Positions 17,684 through 27,165 of a stretch of DNA of 64,000 bases are shown one piece after another; the stretch's first letter is position 1; every line of letters starts with the position of its first letter. Source of the stretch: an uncultured Eubacteriales bacterium (GTDB taxonomy: Bacteria > Bacillota > Clostridia > Lachnospirales > Lachnospiraceae). Below the pieces are notes generated by a model that worked only from the letters and a program-made list of their open reading frames with translations, was not told the DNA's origin and ran no database searches. Location of the stretch: positions 10,155-74,154 of the forward strand of contig ONKC01000003.1 of the NCBI GenBank assembly GCA_900318295.1. Reading direction: 5' to 3'. Position numbers and translations under genes: made by a program.

Positions 17684-19792
17684 ATGATTGAAGCTAAAAA
17701 GTTACCCGAGGAATACGGAAGTTTGGTTTTCGGCGATAAGGTGATGCGCGAGCGTCTGCCGAAGGACGTTTATAAGGCGGTCCACAAGACGATCGTCAGC
17801 GGGACTCACCTTGAGCTCGATGTGGCAAACGCAGTTGCGGTTGCGATGAAGGAGTGGGCGATCGAAAACGGTGCTACTCATTATACACATTGGTTCCAGC
17901 CGATGACAGGACTTACCGCGGAGAAGCACGACAGCTTTATCTCACCGGAAGGTGACGGAAGTGTGATCATGGAGTTTTCAGGAAAGGAGCTTGTAAAGGG
18001 CGAGCCTGATGCATCGAGCTTTCCTTCAGGAGGACTTCGTGCAACCTTCGAGGCAAGAGGATATACGGCATGGGATCCGTCATCGCCGGCATTTATCAAG
18101 GACGGGTCGCTTTACATCCCGACTGCCTTTTGCTCATACGGCGGAGAGGCACTTGATAAAAAGACACCGCTTCTTCGTTCGATGGAGGCTCTGTCAAAGG
18201 AAGCAGTAAAAATGATGAAGCTGCTCGGATATGAAGATGTAAACAGAGTGAATACAACAATAGGGTCTGAGCAGGAGTATTTTTTAATAGATAAAGATGA
18301 CTATATGAGAAGAAAGGATCTTCTTTTTACCGGACGTACACTTATCGGCGCTCCGGCGACCAAAGGTCAGGAGATGGAGGATCACTACTTCGGTGTGATC
18401 AAGCCTAAGGTTTCAGCCTTCATGCATGATCTGGATGAGGAGCTTTGGAAGCTCGGTATCCCGGCTAAAACAAAGCACAACGAGGTCGCTCCGTCTCAGC
18501 ACGAGATGGCACCGGTATTTGAGACAGCAAACGTCGCAGTCGATCACAACCAGCTGACGATGGAGGTCATGAAAAAAGTTGCCGACAAGCACGGTTATGC
18601 ATGCCTCCTTCATGAGAAGCCTTTCGAGGGTATCAACGGATCAGGTAAGCACAACAACTGGTCAATCTGCACCGATACGGGGATCAACCTTTTGGATCCG
18701 GGCAAGCATCCGGATGAGAACATCCCGTTCCTCATCACACTGATCGCAGTCATCGCGGCAGTAGATGAGTACGCACCGCTTCTTCGTCTGTCCGTGGCAA
18801 GTGCAGGAAACGACCACAGACTCGGAGCAAACGAGGCACCGCCGGCAGTTATCTCAATCTTTGTCGGAGATGAGTTGACCAAGGTACTTGACAGCATCAG
18901 AAGCGGAAAGAGCTTCAAGGGTGCAGGAAAAGAAAAAATGGAGATGGGTGCACAGGTACTTCCGCACATCACCAAAGATAATACAGATCGTAACCGTACA
19001 TCACCGTTCGCATTTACCGGAAACAAGTTCGAGTTCCGTATGCCGGGTTCATCGGTATCTGTTGCAAACGCAAACATCGTTTTGAATACAGCAGTGGCAG
19101 AGGTCATCTCACGCATGACCGAAAAGCTTTCAGGGCTCGCCGGAGACGAACTTCACGACGCACTGACCGCCCTTTTGAAAGAGGAGCTTATAGCGCATGA
19201 AAAAGTACTGTTTAACGGAAACGGTTACACTGATGAGTGGATCGCTGAAGCAGAAAAGAGAGGTCTCCCGAACCTGAAAGCTCTTCCGGATGCTATGCCT
19301 CATTGGATTGGAGAGCCGTCTGTAGAGCTTTTCACCAAGCATCAGATCTTTACAAAAGAGGAGCTTGATTCGAGATATGAGATCCTGCTTGAGAACTATT
19401 CGAAGTCGATAAATATCGAAGCACTCACGATGCAGGAGATGGTTCGAAAAGATCTGACGAGCGGCATCATCGCATATGAACAGGATCTGACCAAGGAGAT
19501 ACTTCAGAAGGAACAGGCACTTCCGGGAGCAAAGGCAGCGCTTGAAGGAAACATCTTAAAGACACTTGATGAGGCATCCTCACAGATCGCCGTAAAGCTT
19601 GAGACACTTAAAAAGGATACGCTTGAAGCAGAGAGTATCGAAGATCCTCTGGCACAGGCTGATTTCTATGAGAAAAAAGTGCTTGCGGATATGGATGAAT
19701 TGAGAGTATATACCGATCAGGCAGAGGCTTTGATCCCGGATGAATACCTGACCTATCCGACATACGGACAGATGCTGTTTTCACTTAGATAA
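17684..19792 (+). CDS. glnN: Glutamine synthetase type III
   Basis: 702 aa. 'ATHYTHWFQP', 'GEPDASSFPSGG', 'FEARGYTAWD', 'HNEVAPSQHE', 'NGSGKHNNWS', 'DRNRTSPFAFTGNKFEFR'. Confidence 0.95.
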   Translation: MIEAKKLPEEYGSLVFGDKVMRERLPKDVYKAVHKTIVSGTHLELDVANAVAVAMKEWAIENGATHYTHWFQPMTGLTAEKHDSFISPEGDGSVIMEFSGKELVKGEPDASSFPSGGLRATFEARGYTAWDPSSPAFIKDGSLYIPTAFCSYGGEALDKKTPLLRSMEALSKEAVKMMKLLGYEDVNRVNTTIGSEQEYFLIDKDDYMRRKDLLFTGRTLIGAPATKGQEMEDHYFGVIKPKVSAFMHDLDEELWKLGIPAKTKHNEVAPSQHEMAPVFETANVAVDHNQLTMEVMKKVADKHGYACLLHEKPFEGINGSGKHNNWSICTDTGINLLDPGKHPDENIPFLITLIAVIAAVDEYAPLLRLSVASAGNDHRLGANEAPPAVISIFVGDELTKVLDSIRSGKSFKGAGKEKMEMGAQVLPHITKDNTDRNRTSPFAFTGNKFEFRMPGSSVSVANANIVLNTAVAEVISRMTEKLSGLAGDELHDALTALLKEELIAHEKVLFNGNGYTDEWIAEAEKRGLPNLKALPDAMPHWIGEPSVELFTKHQIFTKEELDSRYEILLENYSKSINIEALTMQEMVRKDLTSGIIAYEQDLTKEILQKEQALPGAKAALEGNILKTLDEASSQIAVKLETLKKDTLEAESIEDPLAQADFYEKKVLADMDELRVYTDQAEALIPDEYLTYPTYGQMLFSLR

Positions 19793-19808
19793 AAATCAAA
19801 CTAAAATG

Positions 19809-19846
19809 CATGGAAGGGAACCGACCTCCTTAGGTTTCCTTCCATG
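19809..19846 (+). other. Intercistronic 14-bp hairpin between glnN and gltB (no U-tract)
   Basis: CATGGAAGGGAACC / GGTTTCCTTCCATG. Confidence 0.6.
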
Positions 19847-19872
19847 AATAATCTAAAAAAATGGTGATATAA

Positions 19873-22800
19873 ATGGATAATAATAGTGATAATAATAACG
19901 TTAAAAATAATCCGCTTGAAAATGAAAACTGGTGGAAAAATGAACACGATGCCTGCGGTATCGGAGCTGTTATAAATATAGACGGAAAAAAGGATCATAA
20001 AGTCCTTGATGATGCTTTAAGTATCGTAGAAAAGCTCGAGCACCGCGCAGGTAAGGATGCCACGGGTAAGGTCGGAGACGGTGTAGGAATTCTGACTCAG
20101 ATATCGCATCCATTTTTCAAAAAACAAGGTAAAAAGCTTGGTATAGATCTGGGCGATGAGGGCGACTACGGTGTCGGAATGTTTTTCTTTCCGCAGGATG
20201 CCCTGAAAAGAAAGTTCGCGATGAGGATGCTCGAGGTTATCGCTGAAAAAGAAGGAGTTGAGTTCCTCGGCTGGAGAGATGTTGAAACTCATCCGGAGCT
20301 TCTCGGTCAGGTCGCTGTCGACTGCATGCCCTATATTAGCCAGTGCTTTTTGAAAAGACCTGATGATGTTGAAAAGGGAATAGATTTTGACAGAAAGCTA
20401 TACTGCCTTAGAAAGGAGTATGAACAGAGCTCCGAGGATACATATATCTGCTCACTTTCCTCTCGTACCATCGTGTACAAGGGAATGTTTTTAGTTGGAC
20501 AGCTCAGAAACTTTTATGAGGACTTACTTTCTAAGGATTATAAAACGGCGATCGCTTTGGTACACTCCAGATTTTCTACCAATACGACGCCATCCTGGCA
20601 GCGTGCTCATCCGTATCGAATGATCGCGCACAATGGTGAGATCAACACCATCCGCGGTAACGCCGATCGTATGCTTGCCAGAGAAGAGACCATGAAGACC
20701 GATCTAAGTAAGGTCTATCCTGTTATCTCATCATCGGGTTCGGATTCTGCCATGCTCGATAACACCTTGGAATTTTTATACATGAACGGTATGGAGCTTC
20801 CGCTGGCGATGATGATCACCGTGCCCGAGCCCTGGAAGCATGATGATGCGATGGGCAAGGAGCGCAAGGATTTTTATCACTATTATGCGACAATGATGGA
20901 GCCGTGGGACGGCCCTGCAGCTATCCTTTTTACGGACGGAGAACTTTTTGGAGCAACTTTGGATCGTAACGGACTCAGACCGTCACGCTACTACGTCACA
21001 AAGGATAAAAGACTCATCCTCTCATCGGAGGTGGGTGTTCTTGATATACCCGAGGATACGATCGAAAAGAAATCGAGATTGTCACCGGGAAGGATGCTTG
21101 TAGTCGATACAAAGCAGGGAAGGATCCTCTCGGATGCGGAGTGCAAGGAGCGTTATGCGACTGCACATCCGTACGGCGAGTGGCTTGATCGTCACCTCCT
21201 TCACTTAGATCATTTAAATATCCCAAATAAAAAAATACCGACACACGAGCAGAGTGTGAGAGACCGACTTTACAAGGTATTTGGTTATGCATATGAGGAT
21301 ATAAAAAATCAGATACTTCCGATGGCGACTGATGGAGTAGAGCCGACGGTATCGATGGGTGCGGATGTCCCGCTCGCGATGCTTTCATCACATCATCAGC
21401 CACTGTTTTGCTACTTTAAGCAACTGTTTGCACAGGTAACAAATCCGCCGATCGACTCACTCAGAGAAAAGATCGTCACCGACACGACCGTATATATCGG
21501 TTCGGACGGAGATCTGTTGCAGGCAAAGGGTGAAAACTGTCGAGTGCTCGAGGTAAATAATCCGATACTTACCGGAGTCGATCTGATGAAGATCGAAGCG
21601 CTCGATACGGAGGGGTTCCATACGGCTAAGGTATCACTTTTATACTATAAAAATACCCCGATAGAAAGAGCTTTGGATCAGTTAAATATTGCCGTAGACA
21701 GAGCGATTTCAGAGGGTGCAAATATCATTACTTTATCGGATAGAGGTGTAGATGAAAACCACATGCCTATCCCGTCGCTGCTCGCAGTATCATCTGTTGA
21801 ACAGCACCTGGTAAGAACGAAAAAAAGAACCGCAGTTTCACTCATACTTGAAAGCGGTGAGCCCAGAGATGTGCATCAGATAGCATGTCTTTTGGGTTAT
21901 GGTGTGCGTGCGATACATCCTTATCTTGCACATGAATGTATCGCTGAGATGATCGATATCGGAATGCTTGATAAGGATTATCACACCGCGATCGCTGACT
22001 ATAATAAAGCACTTTTAAACGGTGTTGTAAAGATCGCTGCAAAGATGGGAATATCCACTCTGCAGTCATATCAGTCTGCACGTATTTTTGAAGCAATCGG
22101 TCTTTCAAAGGAGGTTATCGATACCTACTTTACAGGTACAGTCAGCAGAGCAGGCGGTATCGGTATCAAAGAGATCGGTGAGGATGTCGAGCTTCGTCAT
22201 AATAAAGCTTTTGATCCTCTGGGACTTCCTGTGGATGCTACGCTTGATTCGATCGGATTCCACGGCCTTCGAAGCGGAGATGATAAAGAGGACCATATGT
22301 ATACTCCGAAGACCATAGTGACTCTCCAGCGTGCGGTAAGAGAGGGTGACTATGAACTCTTTAAAGAGTATGCAAAAATGGTGGATGATGAGAACAGGCC
22401 GCATACCCTGCGCGCATTGCTTGAGTTTATCCCGGCGAAAAAGCCGGTTCCTTTGGATGAAGTGGAGAGCGAGGATGATATAGTAAAACGTTTCCAGACA
22501 GGGGCCATGTCATACGGTTCTTTGTCAAAGGAGGCGCACGAGACATTGGCGACCGCCATGAACAGACTTGGCGGAAGGTCAAACACGGGAGAGGGTGGTG
22601 AGGCCACCGACCGCTTCGGTACCGAGAGAAACTCTGCAGTAAAGCAGGTTGCGTCGGGACGTTTTGGTGTGACGAGCGGTTATCTTCTCAGTGCGAAGGA
22701 GATCCAGATAAAAATGGCCCAGGGCGCGAAGCCCGGTGAGGGTGGACACCTTCCCGGAAAGAATGTATATCCCTGGGTGGCAAAGACCAGATTTTCGACA

Positions 22801-24417
22801 CCTGGTGTGGCGCTGATAAGCCCTCCGCCGCATCATGATATCTACTCTATCGAGGATCTGGCACAGCTTATATATGATCTGAAAAATGCAAATGATAAGG
22901 CACGTATTTCCGTAAAACTTGTATCAGAAGCAGGAGTCGGAACCATCGCATCAGGTGTTGCAAAGGCCGGTGCGGGAGTCATCCTGATCTCGGGATACGA
23001 CGGAGGTACCGGAGCCGCGCCGTCATCGTCAGTGCACCATGCAGGACTTCCGTGGGAGCTCGGTCTTTCCGAGGCTCACAGATGTCTGGTAGAGAACGGG
23101 CTTCGTTCACATGTAGTGCTTGAGACTGACGGAAAGCTTATGACAGGACGTGACGTCGCGATAGCAGCACTTCTCGGAGCTGAGGAGTTTGGCTTTGCTA
23201 CAGCACCATTAGTATGTATGGGATGTATGATGATGAGGGTGTGCTCAAAGGATACATGTCCTGTTGGTATAGCAACTCAGAATGAGGAACTCAGAAAGCG
23301 TTTTGCCGGTAAGCCTGAGCACGTGATGAACTTCATGAGATTTGTCGCAAGACAGCTCAGGGAGATCATGAGTGAGATGGGCTTTAGAACGCTCGAGGAG
23401 ATGGTAGGACGTACCGACAGACTGAGTACCAGACAGGAAGGAAGAAAGGACAGAGCGGCACTTGCTGATCTGACCAGGATCCTAAACAGCGATGTATCCG
23501 AGGAGCATGAGCTGAACACTCACTTTGTAGAGAAGGATGTGTATGATTTCGGTCTCGAAAAAACACTTGATTCGAAGGTCCTTATCCCGGCTTATAAAAA
23601 GAAAAAGGGCAAGGGCACTCAGACTATCGAGGTGGATATCTCAAGTACGGACAGAAGCTTCGGAACACTTCTCGGATCACGCATTACAGCCGATCATGAC
23701 GGAAGTCTCAAGGATGATTCGGTGAAGGTCATAGCACACGGCGGAGCAGGTCAGTCCTTCGGAGCATTTATCCCGAAGGGTCTTACGATCAAACTCTACG
23801 GAGATGCAAACGACGGATTCGGTAAAGGACTTTCGGGAGGAAAGCTTATCGTCAGACCTCCGGAGAATGCAGCATATAAAGCACATGAAAATATAATCAT
23901 CGGTAATGTGGCTCTGTACGGAGCGACGGCCGGAAAGGCTTATATCTGCGGTGTGGCAGGTGAGCGTTTCTGCGTGAGAAACTCAGGTGCAACAGCAGTA
24001 GCTGAAGGGTGCGGAGATCACGGACTCGAGTATATGACCGGAGGACGTGCGGTGATACTCGGTATGACCGGTAAAAACTTCGCGGCCGGAATGAGCGGAG
24101 GAATAGCCTATGTTCTTGATAAAGAGCATACTCTTTATCTGAGAATGAATAAGGATATGGCTTCACTTTCAGAGGTTACTGCGGAGTATGATATCGGAGA
24201 ATTAAAGAGCATACTTACCGACTATGTAAAGGAGACGGGATCGGAATACGGAAAAGAGATACTTGATAATTTTGAGGAGTATCTGCCCGACTTTAAAAAG
24301 ATCGTTCCGAATGATTATCAGAGGATGCTCACTGCGATATCGCATTTCGAGGAGCAGGGCGTCGATTCGGAGACGGCCATTTATGATGCATTCAGAGAAG
24401 TTACAGGTTCTGACTGA
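19873..24417 (+). CDS. gltB: Glutamate synthase large subunit
   Basis: Propeptide then 'HDACGIG', 'HSRFSTNT', 'AHNGEINT', 'KMAQGAKPGEGG', 3Fe-4S 'CMMMRVCSKDTC', GXGXG C-terminal domain. Confidence 0.96.
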   Translation: MDNNSDNNNVKNNPLENENWWKNEHDACGIGAVINIDGKKDHKVLDDALSIVEKLEHRAGKDATGKVGDGVGILTQISHPFFKKQGKKLGIDLGDEGDYGVGMFFFPQDALKRKFAMRMLEVIAEKEGVEFLGWRDVETHPELLGQVAVDCMPYISQCFLKRPDDVEKGIDFDRKLYCLRKEYEQSSEDTYICSLSSRTIVYKGMFLVGQLRNFYEDLLSKDYKTAIALVHSRFSTNTTPSWQRAHPYRMIAHNGEINTIRGNADRMLAREETMKTDLSKVYPVISSSGSDSAMLDNTLEFLYMNGMELPLAMMITVPEPWKHDDAMGKERKDFYHYYATMMEPWDGPAAILFTDGELFGATLDRNGLRPSRYYVTKDKRLILSSEVGVLDIPEDTIEKKSRLSPGRMLVVDTKQGRILSDAECKERYATAHPYGEWLDRHLLHLDHLNIPNKKIPTHEQSVRDRLYKVFGYAYEDIKNQILPMATDGVEPTVSMGADVPLAMLSSHHQPLFCYFKQLFAQVTNPPIDSLREKIVTDTTVYIGSDGDLLQAKGENCRVLEVNNPILTGVDLMKIEALDTEGFHTAKVSLLYYKNTPIERALDQLNIAVDRAISEGANIITLSDRGVDENHMPIPSLLAVSSVEQHLVRTKKRTAVSLILESGEPRDVHQIACLLGYGVRAIHPYLAHECIAEMIDIGMLDKDYHTAIADYNKALLNGVVKIAAKMGISTLQSYQSARIFEAIGLSKEVIDTYFTGTVSRAGGIGIKEIGEDVELRHNKAFDPLGLPVDATLDSIGFHGLRSGDDKEDHMYTPKTIVTLQRAVREGDYELFKEYAKMVDDENRPHTLRALLEFIPAKKPVPLDEVESEDDIVKRFQTGAMSYGSLSKEAHETLATAMNRLGGRSNTGEGGEATDRFGTERNSAVKQVASGRFGVTSGYLLSAKEIQIKMAQGAKPGEGGHLPGKNVYPWVAKTRFSTPGVALISPPPHHDIYSIEDLAQLIYDLKNANDKARISVKLVSEAGVGTIASGVAKAGAGVILISGYDGGTGAAPSSSVHHAGLPWELGLSEAHRCLVENGLRSHVVLETDGKLMTGRDVAIAALLGAEEFGFATAPLVCMGCMMMRVCSKDTCPVGIATQNEELRKRFAGKPEHVMNFMRFVARQLREIMSEMGFRTLEEMVGRTDRLSTRQEGRKDRAALADLTRILNSDVSEEHELNTHFVEKDVYDFGLEKTLDSKVLIPAYKKKKGKGTQTIEVDISSTDRSFGTLLGSRITADHDGSLKDDSVKVIAHGGAGQSFGAFIPKGLTIKLYGDANDGFGKGLSGGKLIVRPPENAAYKAHENIIIGNVALYGATAGKAYICGVAGERFCVRNSGATAVAEGCGDHGLEYMTGGRAVILGMTGKNFAAGMSGGIAYVLDKEHTLYLRMNKDMASLSEVTAEYDIGELKSILTDYVKETGSEYGKEILDNFEEYLPDFKKIVPNDYQRMLTAISHFEEQGVDSETAIYDAFREVTGSD

Positions 24418-24539
24418 CAGTTTCCGTTCGGAGGTCCGCTTGCGCCATTTCCGAGCGTAGCGGTGCACGGCTTGAGAATACCAAGCCTGCGCACCGACGC
24501 TCGCAAAGCCTCCTCACAAAAACTGTCATCAGAAACCTG
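24404..24539. repeat. About 135-bp nested imperfect palindrome (REP/MITE-like) overlapping the gltB stop codon
   Basis: Outer arms CAGGTTCTGACTGACAGTTT / AAACTGTCATCAGAAACCTG. Inner arms GAGCGT..GGTGC..GGCTTG / CAAGCC..GCACC..ACGCTC. Confidence 0.7.
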
Positions 24540-24589
24540 ATATACTGAGATTGAAAACTATATATGTACTTTTTTATAGGAGTGATAAC

Positions 24590-26056
24590 ATGGGTAAGAT
24601 AGGTGGTTTCCTGGAATACGACAGGAAGGAAAATAAAAGAATTGCACCGGGGGAGAGAATCAAAAATTTTCTCGAATTTTATGATATAAATGATGTCAAT
24701 GAGAGACGTTGTCAGGCGGCCAGATGTATGGACTGCGGAGTACCGTTTTGTCAATCGGCGATGAGCCTGGGCGGAATGGTGGTCGGATGTCCTTTGCACA
24801 ATCTGATCCCTGAGTGGAATGACGCTATTTTTAAAGAACAGGATAAGCATGCGCTTTCGAGACTTTTAAAGACGAATCCTTTTCCGGAGTTTACCGGCAG
24901 AGTTTGCCCGGCTCTCTGTGAGAAGGCTTGTATCAACGGTGAGCACGGTGAGAGTGTGACCGTACATGACAATGAAAAATATATCATTGAAACTGCTTAT
25001 AAAAATGGCTGGATGGAGCCGCGTATACCTAAGCACAGAAGCGGCAAAAAGGTTGCTGTGATCGGCAGCGGTCCGTCCGGACTCAGCACTGCCGATACGC
25101 TGAATAAAAGAGGTCATCAGGTCACGGTTTTTGAAAGAGAGGATCGTATTGGCGGACTTTTGATGTACGGTATCCCGAACATGAAACTCGATAAAAAGGT
25201 GATCTCGCGCAGAAAAAAACTCATGGAAGCAGAGGGGATTATTTTTAAGTGCGGGATAGATGTAGGTCGTGATATAAAGATCAATCAGCTTAAAAAAGAG
25301 TTCGATGCGATCGTGATGTGCTGCGGTGCCAAAAAGCCGAGACCTCTAAACGCAAAAGGAATAGAGGGTGTCAAGGGCGTAAGGTTTGCTGTGGATTTTT
25401 TGACCGATGTAACTAAAAACCTTTTAGCAGATGCACTTGATAAATCCGTAGCACCTTCCGTTAAAAATAAAAACGTGGTAGTAGTTGGCGGAGGTGATAC
25501 AGGAAATGATTGTATAGGAACCTCGATAAGACTCGGAGCAAAGAGTGTCACCGCTCTCGAGATGATGCCGAAGCCACCTGTGGAGCGTGCCGCAAATAAT
25601 CCCTGGCCGCAGTGGCCGAAGGTGTTAAAGACAGATTACGGCCATGAGGAGGCGATAGAAAAATACGGAGAGGATCCGCGTATTTTTGAAACTACCGTAA
25701 AAGAAGTGATTGCTGAAAAGGGTGTCATCAAAAAGATAGTTACGGTAAAGGTTAAGTTTGATAAAGGTCAGCTTAAAGAGGTCAAAGGTTCGGAGCAGAC
25801 TATCCCGTGTGATCTGCTTCTCATCGCTGCCGGATTTCTCGGAGCGCAGGAGTATCTTCCGAAGGCTGCAAAGGTGGAGCTTGCACCGAGAGGAAATGTT
25901 GCCACCGAACAAGACAGCTACAAAACGAACGTAGAGGGTATTTTTACGGCAGGAGACATGCACAGAGGACAGTCACTCGTGGTGTGGGCGATAGCCGAAG
26001 GAAAGGCCTGCGCAAGGGAGGTAGATGATTATTTGATGGGATATACAAATTTATAG
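24590..26056 (+). CDS. gltD: Glutamate synthase small subunit
   Basis: 'ARCMDCGVPFC', 'GCPLHN', 'VIGSGPSG', 'VVGGGDTGNDC', 'GDMHRGQSLVVWAIAEG'. ATG 24590 follows GGAGTGA. Confidence 0.95.
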   Translation: MGKIGGFLEYDRKENKRIAPGERIKNFLEFYDINDVNERRCQAARCMDCGVPFCQSAMSLGGMVVGCPLHNLIPEWNDAIFKEQDKHALSRLLKTNPFPEFTGRVCPALCEKACINGEHGESVTVHDNEKYIIETAYKNGWMEPRIPKHRSGKKVAVIGSGPSGLSTADTLNKRGHQVTVFEREDRIGGLLMYGIPNMKLDKKVISRRKKLMEAEGIIFKCGIDVGRDIKINQLKKEFDAIVMCCGAKKPRPLNAKGIEGVKGVRFAVDFLTDVTKNLLADALDKSVAPSVKNKNVVVVGGGDTGNDCIGTSIRLGAKSVTALEMMPKPPVERAANNPWPQWPKVLKTDYGHEEAIEKYGEDPRIFETTVKEVIAEKGVIKKIVTVKVKFDKGQLKEVKGSEQTIPCDLLLIAAGFLGAQEYLPKAAKVELAPRGNVATEQDSYKTNVEGIFTAGDMHRGQSLVVWAIAEGKACAREVDDYLMGYTNL

Positions 26057-26084
26057 TGACATATGTCATCAAGTGGTGTATAAT
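26056..26084 (+). promoter_or_regulatory. Promoter of carAB with a palindrome TGACATATGTCA over the -35
   Basis: GTGACA-N17-TATAAT. Perfect 12-bp palindrome at 26057-26068. Confidence 0.6.
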
Positions 26085-26142
26085 ATTCCGCAGCAAAAGT
26101 CTATGAGCATATTATTTAGATGAAAAACGAGGTGACAGATTC

Positions 26143-27165
26143 ATGAACGAACAAAAAAGAAGACTGATCCTCGAAGACGGGACCGTTTTTATCGGTGAGG
26201 GCTTCGGGGCAGAGTCTGATGCGGTGTGTGAGCTTGTCTTCAACACGTCGATGGTCGGTTATCAGGAGATAGTTTCCGATCCGTCCTATACAGATCAGGC
26301 GGTGGTGATGAGCTATCCTTTGATCGGTAACTACGGGATCACGGATGAGGATTTCGAGAGCAGGATCGTAGCTCCGACCGCATTTATCGTCAGGGATTAT
26401 AATGATCAGCCGTCGAACTTCAGGTACACGAAAACCCTGTCGGAGCTGCTCGCGGATAACGGCATCCCCGGTGTTACAGGGATTGATACGAGGAAGCTGG
26501 TAAGACATATCAGGGATCACGGATCTCAGAGGGTACTTATCACCTCGGATAATATAAGTCCGGAGGAAGGACAAAAAAGGATAGCAGATACGCCTGTACC
26601 ACACGATTCGGTCAGTCGTGTAAGCTGTAAAAAAAGATGGTATGCAAGAACAGCAAATCCGAGATTTAATGTTGTCGCCATCGACTGCGGTATCAAATTA
26701 AATATCGTCCGTATGCTGAACAAATACGGCTGCAACGTAGTTGTAGTACCGTATGACACGGGAAGTGAGAACATCCTTCAGATGCATCCGGACGGTGTTT
26801 TTGTGTCCAACGGTCCCGGTGATCCGGCTGATGTGAGTGTGGTAACAAAGACGATACAAAACCTCATCGGCAAGCTTCCGATATTTGGAATATGCTTAGG
26901 TCATCAGCTTATCGCAAGAGCATACGGAGCGGATACATACAAGTTAAAATTCGGTCACAGGGGAGTAGATGAAAAGACGATTAAAAATGATAAAATAAAG
27001 GTGTCACATATGAACCTTTTGGATAATACAGTCGAAGGTATCGTGTGTCCTTCCGATAAGGTGATGTCGGTGCAGTATCATCCCGAGAGCGCACCGGGAC
27101 CGAAGGACAGCGCGTATCTTTTTGATCAGTTTGTAGCGTTAATGGAGGAAGAAAAAAATGCCTAA
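26143..27165 (+). CDS. carA: Carbamoyl-phosphate synthase small subunit with an in-frame internal deletion
   Basis: 'LEDGTVF', '[10 protein letters not shown]', 'SNGPGDP', 'GICLGHQ', 'QYHPES'. The usual 'NHPV...SQNH' segment is missing after GHRG. Confidence 0.9.
   Translation: MNEQKRRLILEDGTVFIGEGFGAESDAVCELVFNTSMVGYQEIVSDPSYTDQAVVMSYPLIGNYGITDEDFESRIVAPTAFIVRDYNDQPSNFRYTKTLSELLADNGIPGVTGIDTRKLVRHIRDHGSQRVLITSDNISPEEGQKRIADTPVPHDSVSRVSCKKRWYARTANPRFNVVAIDCGIKLNIVRMLNKYGCNVVVVPYDTGSENILQMHPDGVFVSNGPGDPADVSVVTKTIQNLIGKLPIFGICLGHQLIARAYGADTYKLKFGHRGVDEKTIKNDKIKVSHMNLLDNTVEGIVCPSDKVMSVQYHPESAPGPKDSAYLFDQFVALMEEEKNA

Noticed and set aside
26085-26142. ANTAR hairpin or ARG box in the carA leader
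   Set aside because: GCAGCAAAAGTCT does not form the stem, no terminator follows, and the ARG-box match is weak.
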